A DNA stretch of 64,000 nucleotides, taken from Nitrospirota bacterium. GTDB taxonomy: Bacteria; Nitrospirota; UBA9217. Both the position numbers and the translations under genes were made by a program. Every line of letters starts with the position of its first letter. Positions within the stretch are counted from its first letter, which is position 1. Shown here in pieces: positions 32,022-39,759 of this stretch. The notes beneath the pieces were generated by a model. It was not told the DNA's origin. It saw only the letters and a list, made by a program, of their open reading frames with translations, and did not search any database. Location of the stretch: assembly GCA_963754875.1 (NCBI GenBank), contig CAVWHO010000001.1, positions 1 through 64,000 of the forward strand. The letters are read 5' to 3'.

Positions 32022-32438
32022 ATGCTCGGAATAAAAAGACCACGATTCAAGTCAAAGAGAGATGCTTTTCGAACCTTCTCTTCACATTTTTCAGCACCGT
32101 GGTTTATCGTGATACTTGGCGTTGCCGGTGTCGGTAAGACGCGTAGTGCCGAACTCGTTTCATACGAACAGGCAAAGCAATCCATTTATTTTATAATTAT
32201 TGCGGCTCTGCTCTCACTTCCTTATTGGTGGTACAAAGCGTTTTGGGCGGTTTCCGCAATAATGAAAGACGACTATACCAATGAACCAGAAACAGTGATT
32301 TGCTTACACTGTCAGACACCGTTCCCATTTACTAAAGTTAAAAGCTTCCAGTGCCCAAAGTGCAAGGGCGTGCTAGAGAATCTGGACGGTTTCTATGAAA
32401 GACATTCTGAGCTAATGAAAGAGGAACCGAAGAAGTAA
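32022..32438 (+). CDS. Cassette 1: membrane protein with C-terminal zinc ribbon
   Basis: Two hydrophobic segments, CLHC...CPKC; lower GC; followed by an attC. Confidence 0.75.
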   Translation: MLGIKRPRFKSKRDAFRTFSSHFSAPWFIVILGVAGVGKTRSAELVSYEQAKQSIYFIIIAALLSLPYWWYKAFWAVSAIMKDDYTNEPETVICLHCQTPFPFTKVKSFQCPKCKGVLENLDGFYERHSELMKEEPKK

Positions 32439-32447
32439 ACGAAGAAA

Positions 32448-32501
32448 TGATAACGAGCGGGTCGAGTGAGTCGCGAAAAGCACGCTCCTCACCCGCGCGT
32501 T
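32448..32501 (+). other. attC site 1 (interrupted at its GTT by IS1182; continues at 34311)
   Basis: TGATAAC, GCGGGT(C)GAG pairing with CTCACCCGC with one extrahelical base, then GTT. Confidence 0.8.
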
Positions 32502-34310
32502 GAACCTGTAGAAAAAGTCATTTTATGCTATAATAGCGCCATCAAAACGCATTAACGAATCACCAAAACCCCTCACCCACGGGAGGCGTATGGCGAGATA
32601 CAAGGAATATGATTATTCCCAAAGCAAATTGATTCCCATCAGCTTCGACAAACAAATCCTCCCAAATACTTTCGAGCATACTCTTCATTATCTCATCGAC
32701 AACGAAATCGAGCTCTCGGTATTCGACGTTCGCTACAAAAACGATGAAACCGGTGCCCCAGCCTACGATCCCCGTGTTCTTTTAAAGATCGTCCTGTACG
32801 CCTATTCCAAGGGGATCACCTCCAGCCGAAAAATAGCCGACTGCTGCAACGATAACGTCATCTTCATGGCCCTCTCCGCCGACACCCGGCCTCACTTCAC
32901 GACCATCGCCGACTTCATATCATCCCAGGACCAGCAAACGATGAAACTCTTCCTCGAAGTGCTGCTCATCTGCGACGAGATGGGCTTGATCGGAAAAGAA
33001 ATGTTCGCTGTGGACGGCTGCAAGCTTCCCTCCAACGCCTCAAAGGAGTGGAGTGGCACCAAAGGAGAACTTACACATAAAAAAGAGAAGATGGAGAAGG
33101 CCATCCGGGAGATGATAGCGAAACACAAGGAAAGAGACAAAGCCGAAACCGACAAGGCGGTTGTAGAGAAGGAAGAGCAGTACATAAGCACCCTTAAAAC
33201 AAAGATCAAAAAGATCAAGACCTGGCTCGCGGAGAATGACGATAAGCCCGGCAGTAAGGGAAAACCGAGAAAGAGCAACATAACCGACAACGAAAGCGCG
33301 AACATGAAAACCTCGCACGGCGTCATCCAAGGCTACAACGGGGTAGCCATGGTAGACAGCAAGCATCAAATCGTGGTCCACGCAGAGGCGACCGGAGATT
33401 CCGAATCCGCAATACTGAAACCCATGGTCGAAGGAACCCGGGAGAATTTCCAGGAGATCGGAAAAGAAGAAGACATCTTCAAAAAGACCAAACTGACCAC
33501 CGACAGCGGCTTCCACTCCGAAAAGAACGTGGAGATGGTAATTCAGGATGGCATCGACGCATACATCGCCGACAACAAGTTCCGCCAGCGCGATCCCCGC
33601 TTTGCCGACGCCGACAAGTATAAGGAGAGGTTCAAGAAAGAACGGGCCAAACGATCAGGTGTACCCAGCATTTATCAATCTAAAGACTTTACGGTAAGTC
33701 CGGATAAAAACTACTGCATCTGTCCTGGCGGCAAGCGTATGTACCGGGACGGCGGCAATGTGCTCATCAACGGAATGCGATTCATCAAGTTCCGGGGAAG
33801 CAAGATGAACTGTGTTCCGTGCGGACTTCGAGCAAAATGCATGAAGAATCCCGAACGAACGGTTACCCGCCAGTTCGCCTACTATACTGGGCAGAACGAA
33901 CAGCAGACCAAGACCTTCACGCAGAAAATGCGGGAGAAGATAGACTCGGTAGCCGGTAAACTCATCTACGGTAGGAGAATGGCGACAGTCGAGCCTGTCT
34001 TTGCCAATGTTCGGAGCAGTCTTGGCTTGGATCGCTTCAGTCTCAGAGGGAAAAAGAAGGTGAGCGTCCAGTGGCGGCTCTACTGCACGGTTCACAATCT
34101 ATTAAAGGTGCATCGATACGGATTTGGTTTTGCAAGTACTTGAGGTAAGGCGAAGCCGAAAGGGAAATAGAATGAAGTAGCAAGCACTAATCAGGTCATC
34201 TGAACCGATAAATCAGCAGAATCAAAAAATCTTCCCCACGCCAGGAGCCACATAGGATCATATAACGGGGAGCAGACAAGCTTTTGCAAATGGGCTTTTT
34301 CTACAGACTC
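32502..34310 (+). mobile_element. IS1182-family insertion sequence
   Basis: Ends GAACCTGTAGAAAAAGTCATTT / AAATGGGCTTTTTCTACAGACTC; GTT on both sides. Confidence 0.9.
32590..34143 (+). CDS. IS1182-family transposase
   Basis: GAPAYDPR..YAY..SSRKI, PHFTTIADF, VDGCKL, TDNES..GYN, DSGF, RRMATVEPVF, HNLLK. Confidence 0.93.
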   Translation: MARYKEYDYSQSKLIPISFDKQILPNTFEHTLHYLIDNEIELSVFDVRYKNDETGAPAYDPRVLLKIVLYAYSKGITSSRKIADCCNDNVIFMALSADTRPHFTTIADFISSQDQQTMKLFLEVLLICDEMGLIGKEMFAVDGCKLPSNASKEWSGTKGELTHKKEKMEKAIREMIAKHKERDKAETDKAVVEKEEQYISTLKTKIKKIKTWLAENDDKPGSKGKPRKSNITDNESANMKTSHGVIQGYNGVAMVDSKHQIVVHAEATGDSESAILKPMVEGTRENFQEIGKEEDIFKKTKLTTDSGFHSEKNVEMVIQDGIDAYIADNKFRQRDPRFADADKYKERFKKERAKRSGVPSIYQSKDFTVSPDKNYCICPGGKRMYRDGGNVLINGMRFIKFRGSKMNCVPCGLRAKCMKNPERTVTRQFAYYTGQNEQQTKTFTQKMREKIDSVAGKLIYGRRMATVEPVFANVRSSLGLDRFSLRGKKKVSVQWRLYCTVHNLLKVHRYGFGFAST

Positions 34311-34340
34311 GTTGTATCTTCAAGTGCTGAGGCAAAATCT

Positions 34341-34991
34341 ATGGTTTTAGACATCCAAAATCGAACCGAAAACTGGGGAACGGTTAATAAGCTCTATGGC
34401 CCCATCGCGCCTGAAGTCCTAGGATCAGTAATGAAGGCATTGGGGCAGCCACCGGGCACACTAGCGGATATCGAGCTCTTTTGGCGAGGGTATCGTGACC
34501 ATTGCTACGATCAGGAAATTACGGCCCGTACGGTAAATTTCCCGTGCCTGCTCGACCGATTCCGGAGGTTATTTCCAAACCTTAGGGCTAAAGTGAAAAG
34601 TTTTGCTGACACTAACAACGGCTCCATTCGACTTAATGATCCTTGTAACTATAGGGCAGAAGAACAAGACGGAACTGCCCTATTCGAAAATGTTCGAAAC
34701 ACGGAGTTCGACATAGTCATAGAAACAGAGAATGAGCTATTCATAGGTGAAGTAAAGCAGACACAGACATTTGGAGCGAAGGGTACTTTGGTCTTGCCTC
34801 ACCAACTTTTAAGACAGTATGTGACCGCGTCCATTCTTTTAGATGAGCGTAGGGTATCAAAGCGAATAATACCGTTCGTTGTTGAAGAAAAAAATGGCGC
34901 GAATAAAAACGGACAAGTGCGACTCATGGAATATCTCGGCTATCTTCAACAAGGACATGTGTTCCAGTGGAAGCAACTAATTAAAACATGA
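34341..34991 (+). CDS. Cassette 2: hypothetical protein with a PD-(D/E)xK-like motif
   Basis: TEFDIVIE...IGEVK...HQLLRQ. Confidence 0.6.
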   Translation: MVLDIQNRTENWGTVNKLYGPIAPEVLGSVMKALGQPPGTLADIELFWRGYRDHCYDQEITARTVNFPCLLDRFRRLFPNLRAKVKSFADTNNGSIRLNDPCNYRAEEQDGTALFENVRNTEFDIVIETENELFIGEVKQTQTFGAKGTLVLPHQLLRQYVTASILLDERRVSKRIIPFVVEEKNGANKNGQVRLMEYLGYLQQGHVFQWKQLIKT

Positions 34992-34999
34992 TGTAAATT

Positions 35000-35053
35000 G
35001 TCTAACCAGCCCGTACCGCCGCGAGGAGCGCGCGGCTTACGCGTGAGTTGTAT
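35000..35053 (+). other. attC site 2 (degenerate)
   Basis: GTCTAAC...GCGCGGCTTACGCGTGA GTTGTAT with an imperfect stem, 9 bp after the stop codon. Confidence 0.65.
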
Positions 35054-35159
35054 TTAAAATGACGGCCCAATGGAAGAGAAACAAATTGAGGCAAAACAGA
35101 ATCAGATGGATCATTCCAGGCCTTACTGTCTCAGATGATATTTAACAATGGCAGACTGT

Positions 35160-36487
35160 CACTAGTGTCCCAACGTTACAGCAATAGATTCAATTGGTTA
35201 TCGCCGTCAATGGTATCGGTTTCGTAATTTGGTGAAGAAAGCACCTGCAAAATGGGCGTTTTCTCGAATGTGGTCACACTCAAAATTTGTAGAATTGTGT
35301 AAAGGCTCCGATCCAGTTTCAATCGCTTCTTGACAATGGCCACGAGAACGTATACGGAAATGGCGATCCATATTTGGGTCTTCAGCGCGTTCTCGCTGGT
35401 GCCATAAAACGCTTTGATCCGCAGGTGCTGTTTGATCCACTTGAAGAAAAGCTCTACCTGCCAGCGGCATTTGTACAGTTTCGCGATCACGATTGCTGGC
35501 AGCGTGAAGTTGTTGGTCAGAAAAACGAATCGCTTCTTTGTTTCGACATCGAAGTATCGGATTCGCCTGAATTTCTCGGGATAGTCCAGCAGCGTGTAGA
35601 ACCCGGTGACCATAATGATTTGGTCTGCACGTACTCCGGTTGACTTGTCTACTGGCCGGGAATAGAGGCGCTTGAAAACGAAATTGCTCTTTGCGCGCGT
35701 TACGAAGAACGCGAGCGATTGATGAATCCCATAAAGCCGGGCGAAATCGACATATGCCTTGTCGAAAATATAGATGGCTCCAGGCTCGAAGACAAGATCG
35801 TCGAGCGCGTTGACATCGTGCATTTTGCCGTTGGTAATACTGATCACAACGGGGATGTTGCCCCGGAGATCCAACAGCGTATGAAGTTTTACCGCGGCTT
35901 TGGTTTTGCGAAACTTGGCCCAGGGAAATACCGAGAGACAGAGATCGATGGTCGTTGAATCGAAGGCGTAAACGGCTTGCTTCAATTCCAAACCGAAGTC
36001 TTCGTTTGTGTATAGTTCTCTGGCGATCTTGATCAGCACTTGGGCGAAATCGGCGTAGATTCTCCAGTCTCGGTTCTCGTTGGCATGGGCTAGATTGTTT
36101 CGTGAGACGGTGCTCCGGATGCCCATGTGATACAACTTCGGCTTCGCCACGCGAAGGCAGGCTTCTATGTCCCTGAGGCTTTCTCGATACGTAAGCTGGG
36201 CGAAGGCCATGCAAAGGAACTGATCCAGACAGGTAAACGTTTTCACCTTGTAGTTGCCGTTGTAACGATCGACACACAGGTGAAAGTGAAACGATGGAGC
36301 AAAATCCATGATTTGAGCAAAAACGGTTCTGCCAATGTTCACGATGAGCCATCTCCTTCCGCGGGTTAGCGGAATTATGGCCTATCGGCAGAAATAATTT
36401 CAAATCGAAAAGTTGCGTTTGGGAAGAAACCGTCATGTTTTTCTATCTGTTAGGCGATGTTCTCAATTCAACGTTGGGACACTAGTG
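35160..36487 (-). mobile_element. IS4-family insertion sequence
   Basis: Perfect 18-bp IR CACTAGTGTCCCAACGTT; 9-bp target duplication GCAGACTGT (35151-35159, 36488-36496). Confidence 0.95.
35176..36342 (-). CDS. IS4-family DDE transposase
   Basis: FAQLTYRESLRDI, FDSTTI, VKLH, FDKAY, YKCRWQVELFFKWIKQ. Confidence 0.95.
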   Translation of the reverse strand: MNIGRTVFAQIMDFAPSFHFHLCVDRYNGNYKVKTFTCLDQFLCMAFAQLTYRESLRDIEACLRVAKPKLYHMGIRSTVSRNNLAHANENRDWRIYADFAQVLIKIARELYTNEDFGLELKQAVYAFDSTTIDLCLSVFPWAKFRKTKAAVKLHTLLDLRGNIPVVISITNGKMHDVNALDDLVFEPGAIYIFDKAYVDFARLYGIHQSLAFFVTRAKSNFVFKRLYSRPVDKSTGVRADQIIMVTGFYTLLDYPEKFRRIRYFDVETKKRFVFLTNNFTLPAIVIAKLYKCRWQVELFFKWIKQHLRIKAFYGTSENALKTQIWIAISVYVLVAIVKKRLKLDRSLYTILQILSVTTFEKTPILQVLSSPNYETDTIDGDNQLNLLL

Positions 36488-36496
36488 GCAGACTGT

Positions 36497-36874
36497 ATGA
36501 ATAAATTAAATTTTCATCGAATAGTGAAATGGTTTTTAGTCGTCAATGTGGCGTTTACCCTGATTTCAAAAGCACGAATGTTAGGTATTTATTTTTCTTG
36601 GCGTTCTGATGTGTACAGCTACGCTATGGTATCGTTATTTTTCTTAGGTTGCCTTGGCAGCATAGTTGGTTTGTCACTCAATAAGTTCTGGGGTTTTATT
36701 TGTTTTTATGTCTTAATTCCGTTTGCAATATATTATCTCGGCATCTCCATAACTCCACTTGATAGGTTTTTCCCGTACCCTTCAAAAATAACAGCAATCT
36801 ATTTATTAAACGCAGTTCTCATTGCCTTCGCCAGTTGGCTTCAGATCGCACAGTGGAGAATAAAGAAAGCGTAA
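36497..36874 (+). CDS. Cassette 3: small multi-TM membrane protein (original start probably ATG 35148, displaced by IS4)
   Basis: AT-rich hydrophobic ORF; removing IS4 restores MADCMNKLNF; followed by an attC. Confidence 0.7.
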   Translation: MNKLNFHRIVKWFLVVNVAFTLISKARMLGIYFSWRSDVYSYAMVSLFFLGCLGSIVGLSLNKFWGFICFYVLIPFAIYYLGISITPLDRFFPYPSKITAIYLLNAVLIAFASWLQIAQWRIKKA

Positions 36875-36875
36875 A

Positions 36876-36934
36876 TAACAACATGCGGCTCGACTGCGAC
36901 GCGCCAACGGCGGCGCGTCAGCCGCGCGTTGGGC
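36876..36934 (+). other. attC site 3
   Basis: TAACAAC, GCGGCT(C)GAC / GTCAGCCGC stem, GTTGGGC. Confidence 0.88.
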
Positions 36935-37004
36935 GGTAGCGAAATCTCGGCGTGGCCATCGTGTGCAGAACGCTCGCTCGACTGCAGGCAGAGGAAAATA
37001 ACGA

Positions 37005-37562
37005 ATGACGAATGACGATCGCACCAAGGTAATTCCGAGGAGAACGCCGGAATCAGCGGCCATGTTGGCAAGCGTCAAACGAGCTATGGCGATCACCGCT
37101 AATCTCAACCGTTTGACGTTCAACGATGCGGATGAAGTCCGAGCCTTGTTCAGCGATCTCATCGGCAAGAAGGTGGACGACAGCTTTTTATTAATCCCAC
37201 CATTCTACACAACCGGCGGGGTCGATATCAGTGTCGGGCGCAATGTTTTCGTCAATCAGAACTGCACTTTTTATGACCTTGGCGGGCTCGATATTGCCGA
37301 CGATGTGATGATCGGGCCGAACGTAAGCATCATCACGTCTGGCCATCCCATCGAACCTTCTCAGCGGCGTGCCTTGGTAGTCGCAAAGCCCATCGTGATT
37401 GAAAGAAACGTATGGATTGCAGCCGGCGTAACTATCATCGGTGGCGTAACAGTGGGCGAGAACTCGGTCGTTGCAGCCGGCTCAGTCGTCACCAAGGATG
37501 TCCCTCCAAATACGCTCGTCGGGGGAAATCCGGCGAAAGTCATTCGCTCGATTGGAGACTGA
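37005..37562 (+). CDS. Cassette 4: sugar O-acetyltransferase (Maa/LacA hexapeptide-repeat family)
   Basis: PPFYT, GRNVFVN, IGPNV, NVWIAAGV, GSVVTKDVP, GGNPAK. Confidence 0.92.
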   Translation: MTNDDRTKVIPRRTPESAAMLASVKRAMAITANLNRLTFNDADEVRALFSDLIGKKVDDSFLLIPPFYTTGGVDISVGRNVFVNQNCTFYDLGGLDIADDVMIGPNVSIITSGHPIEPSQRRALVVAKPIVIERNVWIAAGVTIIGGVTVGENSVVAAGSVVTKDVPPNTLVGGNPAKVIRSIGD

Positions 37563-37574
37563 GGAAATGGGGCC

Positions 37575-37647
37575 GCCCAACAATTCGCTGCAGCCGACCG
37601 CCTACTCGCTGGCGCTCGCAGCCGGCGGTTGAGCTTAAGCGTTATGC
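37575..37647 (+). other. attC site 4
   Basis: CCGCCCAAC is the exact reverse complement of the cassette start GTTGGGCGG (36928); internal stem; ends GTTATGC. Confidence 0.92.
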
Positions 37648-37678
37648 AAAAAATAATTAAAAAAAAAGGATAAGGAAA

Positions 37679-38483
37679 ATGACACAGATTAAAACTCCTT
37701 TGGACGTATACAAGTTACTCCCAAAATCTAATTGTAAGCAATGCTCACTTCCGTCATGTTTGGCTTTTTCTGCAGCCGTATTAAGCGGTGAAAAGCAACT
37801 TGCGGATTGCCCGCATATCGCCGGTAGTATCGTCGGTGAGACAAATAAAATAGATATACATAAATCTACACTTCAAAAAAGAGAGGAAGCCGCCGACTCA
37901 GCTCAGAAGTCAAATCCCTTCGATAGATTTACTTACATCTGCTCAGAAGCTCGGCGCTAAAATTATTGGTGAAAAATTAGCCATTAAATGTCTCGGCAAA
38001 GATTTCTTTATAGATTCAACGGGGAATATTACATCTGAATGCCACACTCACGCCTGGATAACGCTCTTATTACTTGATCATATTATAAGCAGTAAGGGTG
38101 ATAATCCGTCCGGCCAATGGATTCCATTCAGAGAATTAAAGAAAGGAGCGGAGCGGAATCCTCTTTTTGAGCAACTGTGCGAAAAACCTCTCAAAGAGAT
38201 GGCCGACACCCATACGGCTCTTTTTGAAGATCTCATTTATATTTTTAGCGGAGATAGATCGACAAATATGTTTTCATCAGATATATCACTAGTTTTGTAT
38301 CCATTACCCAAAGTACCTATCTTAATTTGCTACTGGAAAGCAGAAGGCGCAATGGAAGCATCCCTTCACATCTTCTTCGATTCAACAGTTGGGAATCATT
38401 TAAATCTTCAGGCAATCTTTGATCTCGGCGTTGGTTTGTCAATGATGTTCGAGAAGGTGGTTTTTAAGCACAAACGTAATTGA
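37679..38483 (+). CDS. Fe-S cluster domain + DUF3786-like protein, frameshift near 37890
   Basis: LPKSNCKQCSLPSCLAF..DCP; a second frame continues IDLLTSAQKLGA..CLGKDF..YPLPKVPILICYW. Confidence 0.75.
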
Positions 38484-38507
38484 AATGCGAAATAGAACAA
38501 AAAGTGC

Positions 38508-38538
38508 GTAGGTCGGGTAGAGCGCAGCGAAACCCGAC
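38508..38538 (+). repeat. REP 1 (GTAG family)
   Basis: GTAG-GTCGGGT-AGAGCGCAGCGAA-ACCCGAC. Confidence 0.92.
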
Positions 38539-38572
38539 ACAATGCCAATGATTGCTCAACACAAGAGGAATC

Positions 38573-39115
38573 ATGCAATACAAAAGATCAATAGCGAAGG
38601 GAGCAACATTCTTCTTTACGATTGTGACGCACGAACGACGTAAAATCCTGTGTCATGAATCAAATGTAGCTTTATTGGGAGAAGCTTTCCAAACTGTCAA
38701 GGTGCGTCACCCGTTTACCATTGATGCTTTTGTGTTGATGCCCGATCATCTGCACTGCATATGGACCTTGCCGGAAAATGACAGCAACTTCTCAATGCGC
38801 TGGCGCCAGATCAAGAGCCATTTCAGCAGGAAATGCCGGGATGAATTTAAGGGGCGTCAAACGGCAGCCCATCTCGGTAAAGGTGAACAAGCGATCTGGC
38901 AAAGGCGTTACTGGGAACATCAGATTCGAGATGATGGTGATTTTATCAATCACGTTGAATACATTCATTACAATCCTGTAAAACACGGGTTAACAAAATC
39001 ACCTAAACTTTGGCCGCATTCGTCCTTCTATCGCTTTGTGAAACAGGGGATTTACCATAACGATTGGGGTGCGGACGCCGAGATTGTATTCAAACGTCAT
39101 GTAGGGAATGAATAA
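38573..39115 (+). CDS. REP-associated tyrosine transposase (RAYT/TnpA-REP)
   Basis: FFTIVT, MPDHLHCIW (HUH), IWQRRYWEHQIRD, YIHYNPVKHG, WPHSSF; flanked by inverted REPs. Confidence 0.93.
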   Translation: MQYKRSIAKGATFFFTIVTHERRKILCHESNVALLGEAFQTVKVRHPFTIDAFVLMPDHLHCIWTLPENDSNFSMRWRQIKSHFSRKCRDEFKGRQTAAHLGKGEQAIWQRRYWEHQIRDDGDFINHVEYIHYNPVKHGLTKSPKLWPHSSFYRFVKQGIYHNDWGADAEIVFKRHVGNE

Positions 39116-39123
39116 ATGAAGAT

Positions 39124-39154
39124 GTCGGGTTTCGCTGCGCTCTACCCGACCTAC
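39124..39154 (-). repeat. REP 2 (inverted)
   Basis: Exact reverse complement of REP 1. Confidence 0.92.
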
Positions 39155-39182
39155 CGACTGAAAAGGAAGGCATAAATATCCT

Positions 39183-39602
39183 ATGAATCCATCGAAACGT
39201 ATTGACCAACTGATCACAGAACTCACAGACTGGCGTGGCAAAACGTTCGCCAGCATCCGCAAGAGCATCCTCGAGGCCGACCGGGAGATAATCGAGGAAT
39301 GGAAGTGGATGGGAAGCCCAGTGTGGTCTCACGACGGAATAATCGCGGTCGCCAACGCCCACAAAGAGAAGGTGAAGCTTACCTTTGCCCGCGGGGCGAG
39401 CCTCCCAGATCCTGACAAGCTCTTCAACGCGGGCCTCGAAGGCAACGCGAGACGAGCGATCGATTTTTACGAGGGCGATAAGATTAATGAGCGTGCTCTA
39501 AAAAATCTCGTCCGTGCCGCTGTTGATTACAATCGTGCCAAATTGAAGAAGAAAGCGCCTGCGGGTACTCGAGCGAAAGTTCACAAAAGTAAAAAGACAT
39601 GA
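39183..39602 (+). CDS. DUF1801 (YdhG-like) protein
   Basis: DWRG..IR..I, EEWKWMGSPVW, VKLTFARGASLPDP..FN..RRAID. Confidence 0.85.
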   Translation: MNPSKRIDQLITELTDWRGKTFASIRKSILEADREIIEEWKWMGSPVWSHDGIIAVANAHKEKVKLTFARGASLPDPDKLFNAGLEGNARRAIDFYEGDKINERALKNLVRAAVDYNRAKLKKKAPAGTRAKVHKSKKT

Positions 39603-39607
39603 AGTTA

Positions 39608-39717
39608 GTAGGTCGGGTAGAACGTTTTTTGTGAAACCCGACGCTTGCATGCTTGAATATTTACAACAGTAAGGAACAGAAACAATGTCGGGTTTCGCTC
39701 TGCTCTACCCGACCTAC
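39608..39717. repeat. REP doublet (REPIN): REP 3 at 39608-39642 and inverted REP 4 at 39687-39717
   Basis: GTAGGTCGGGTAGA...AAACCCGAC and GTCGGGTTTCG...CTACCCGACCTAC. Confidence 0.9.
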
Positions 39718-39759
39718 CGAATTTCTAAGCTCCCATCCTGTTTCGAAAAAAGGGCTCTC

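Noticed and set aside
35207..36436. 409-aa alternative-frame ORF inside IS4
   Set aside because: Overlaps the transposase on the same strand, is Arg/Ser-rich and has no motifs.
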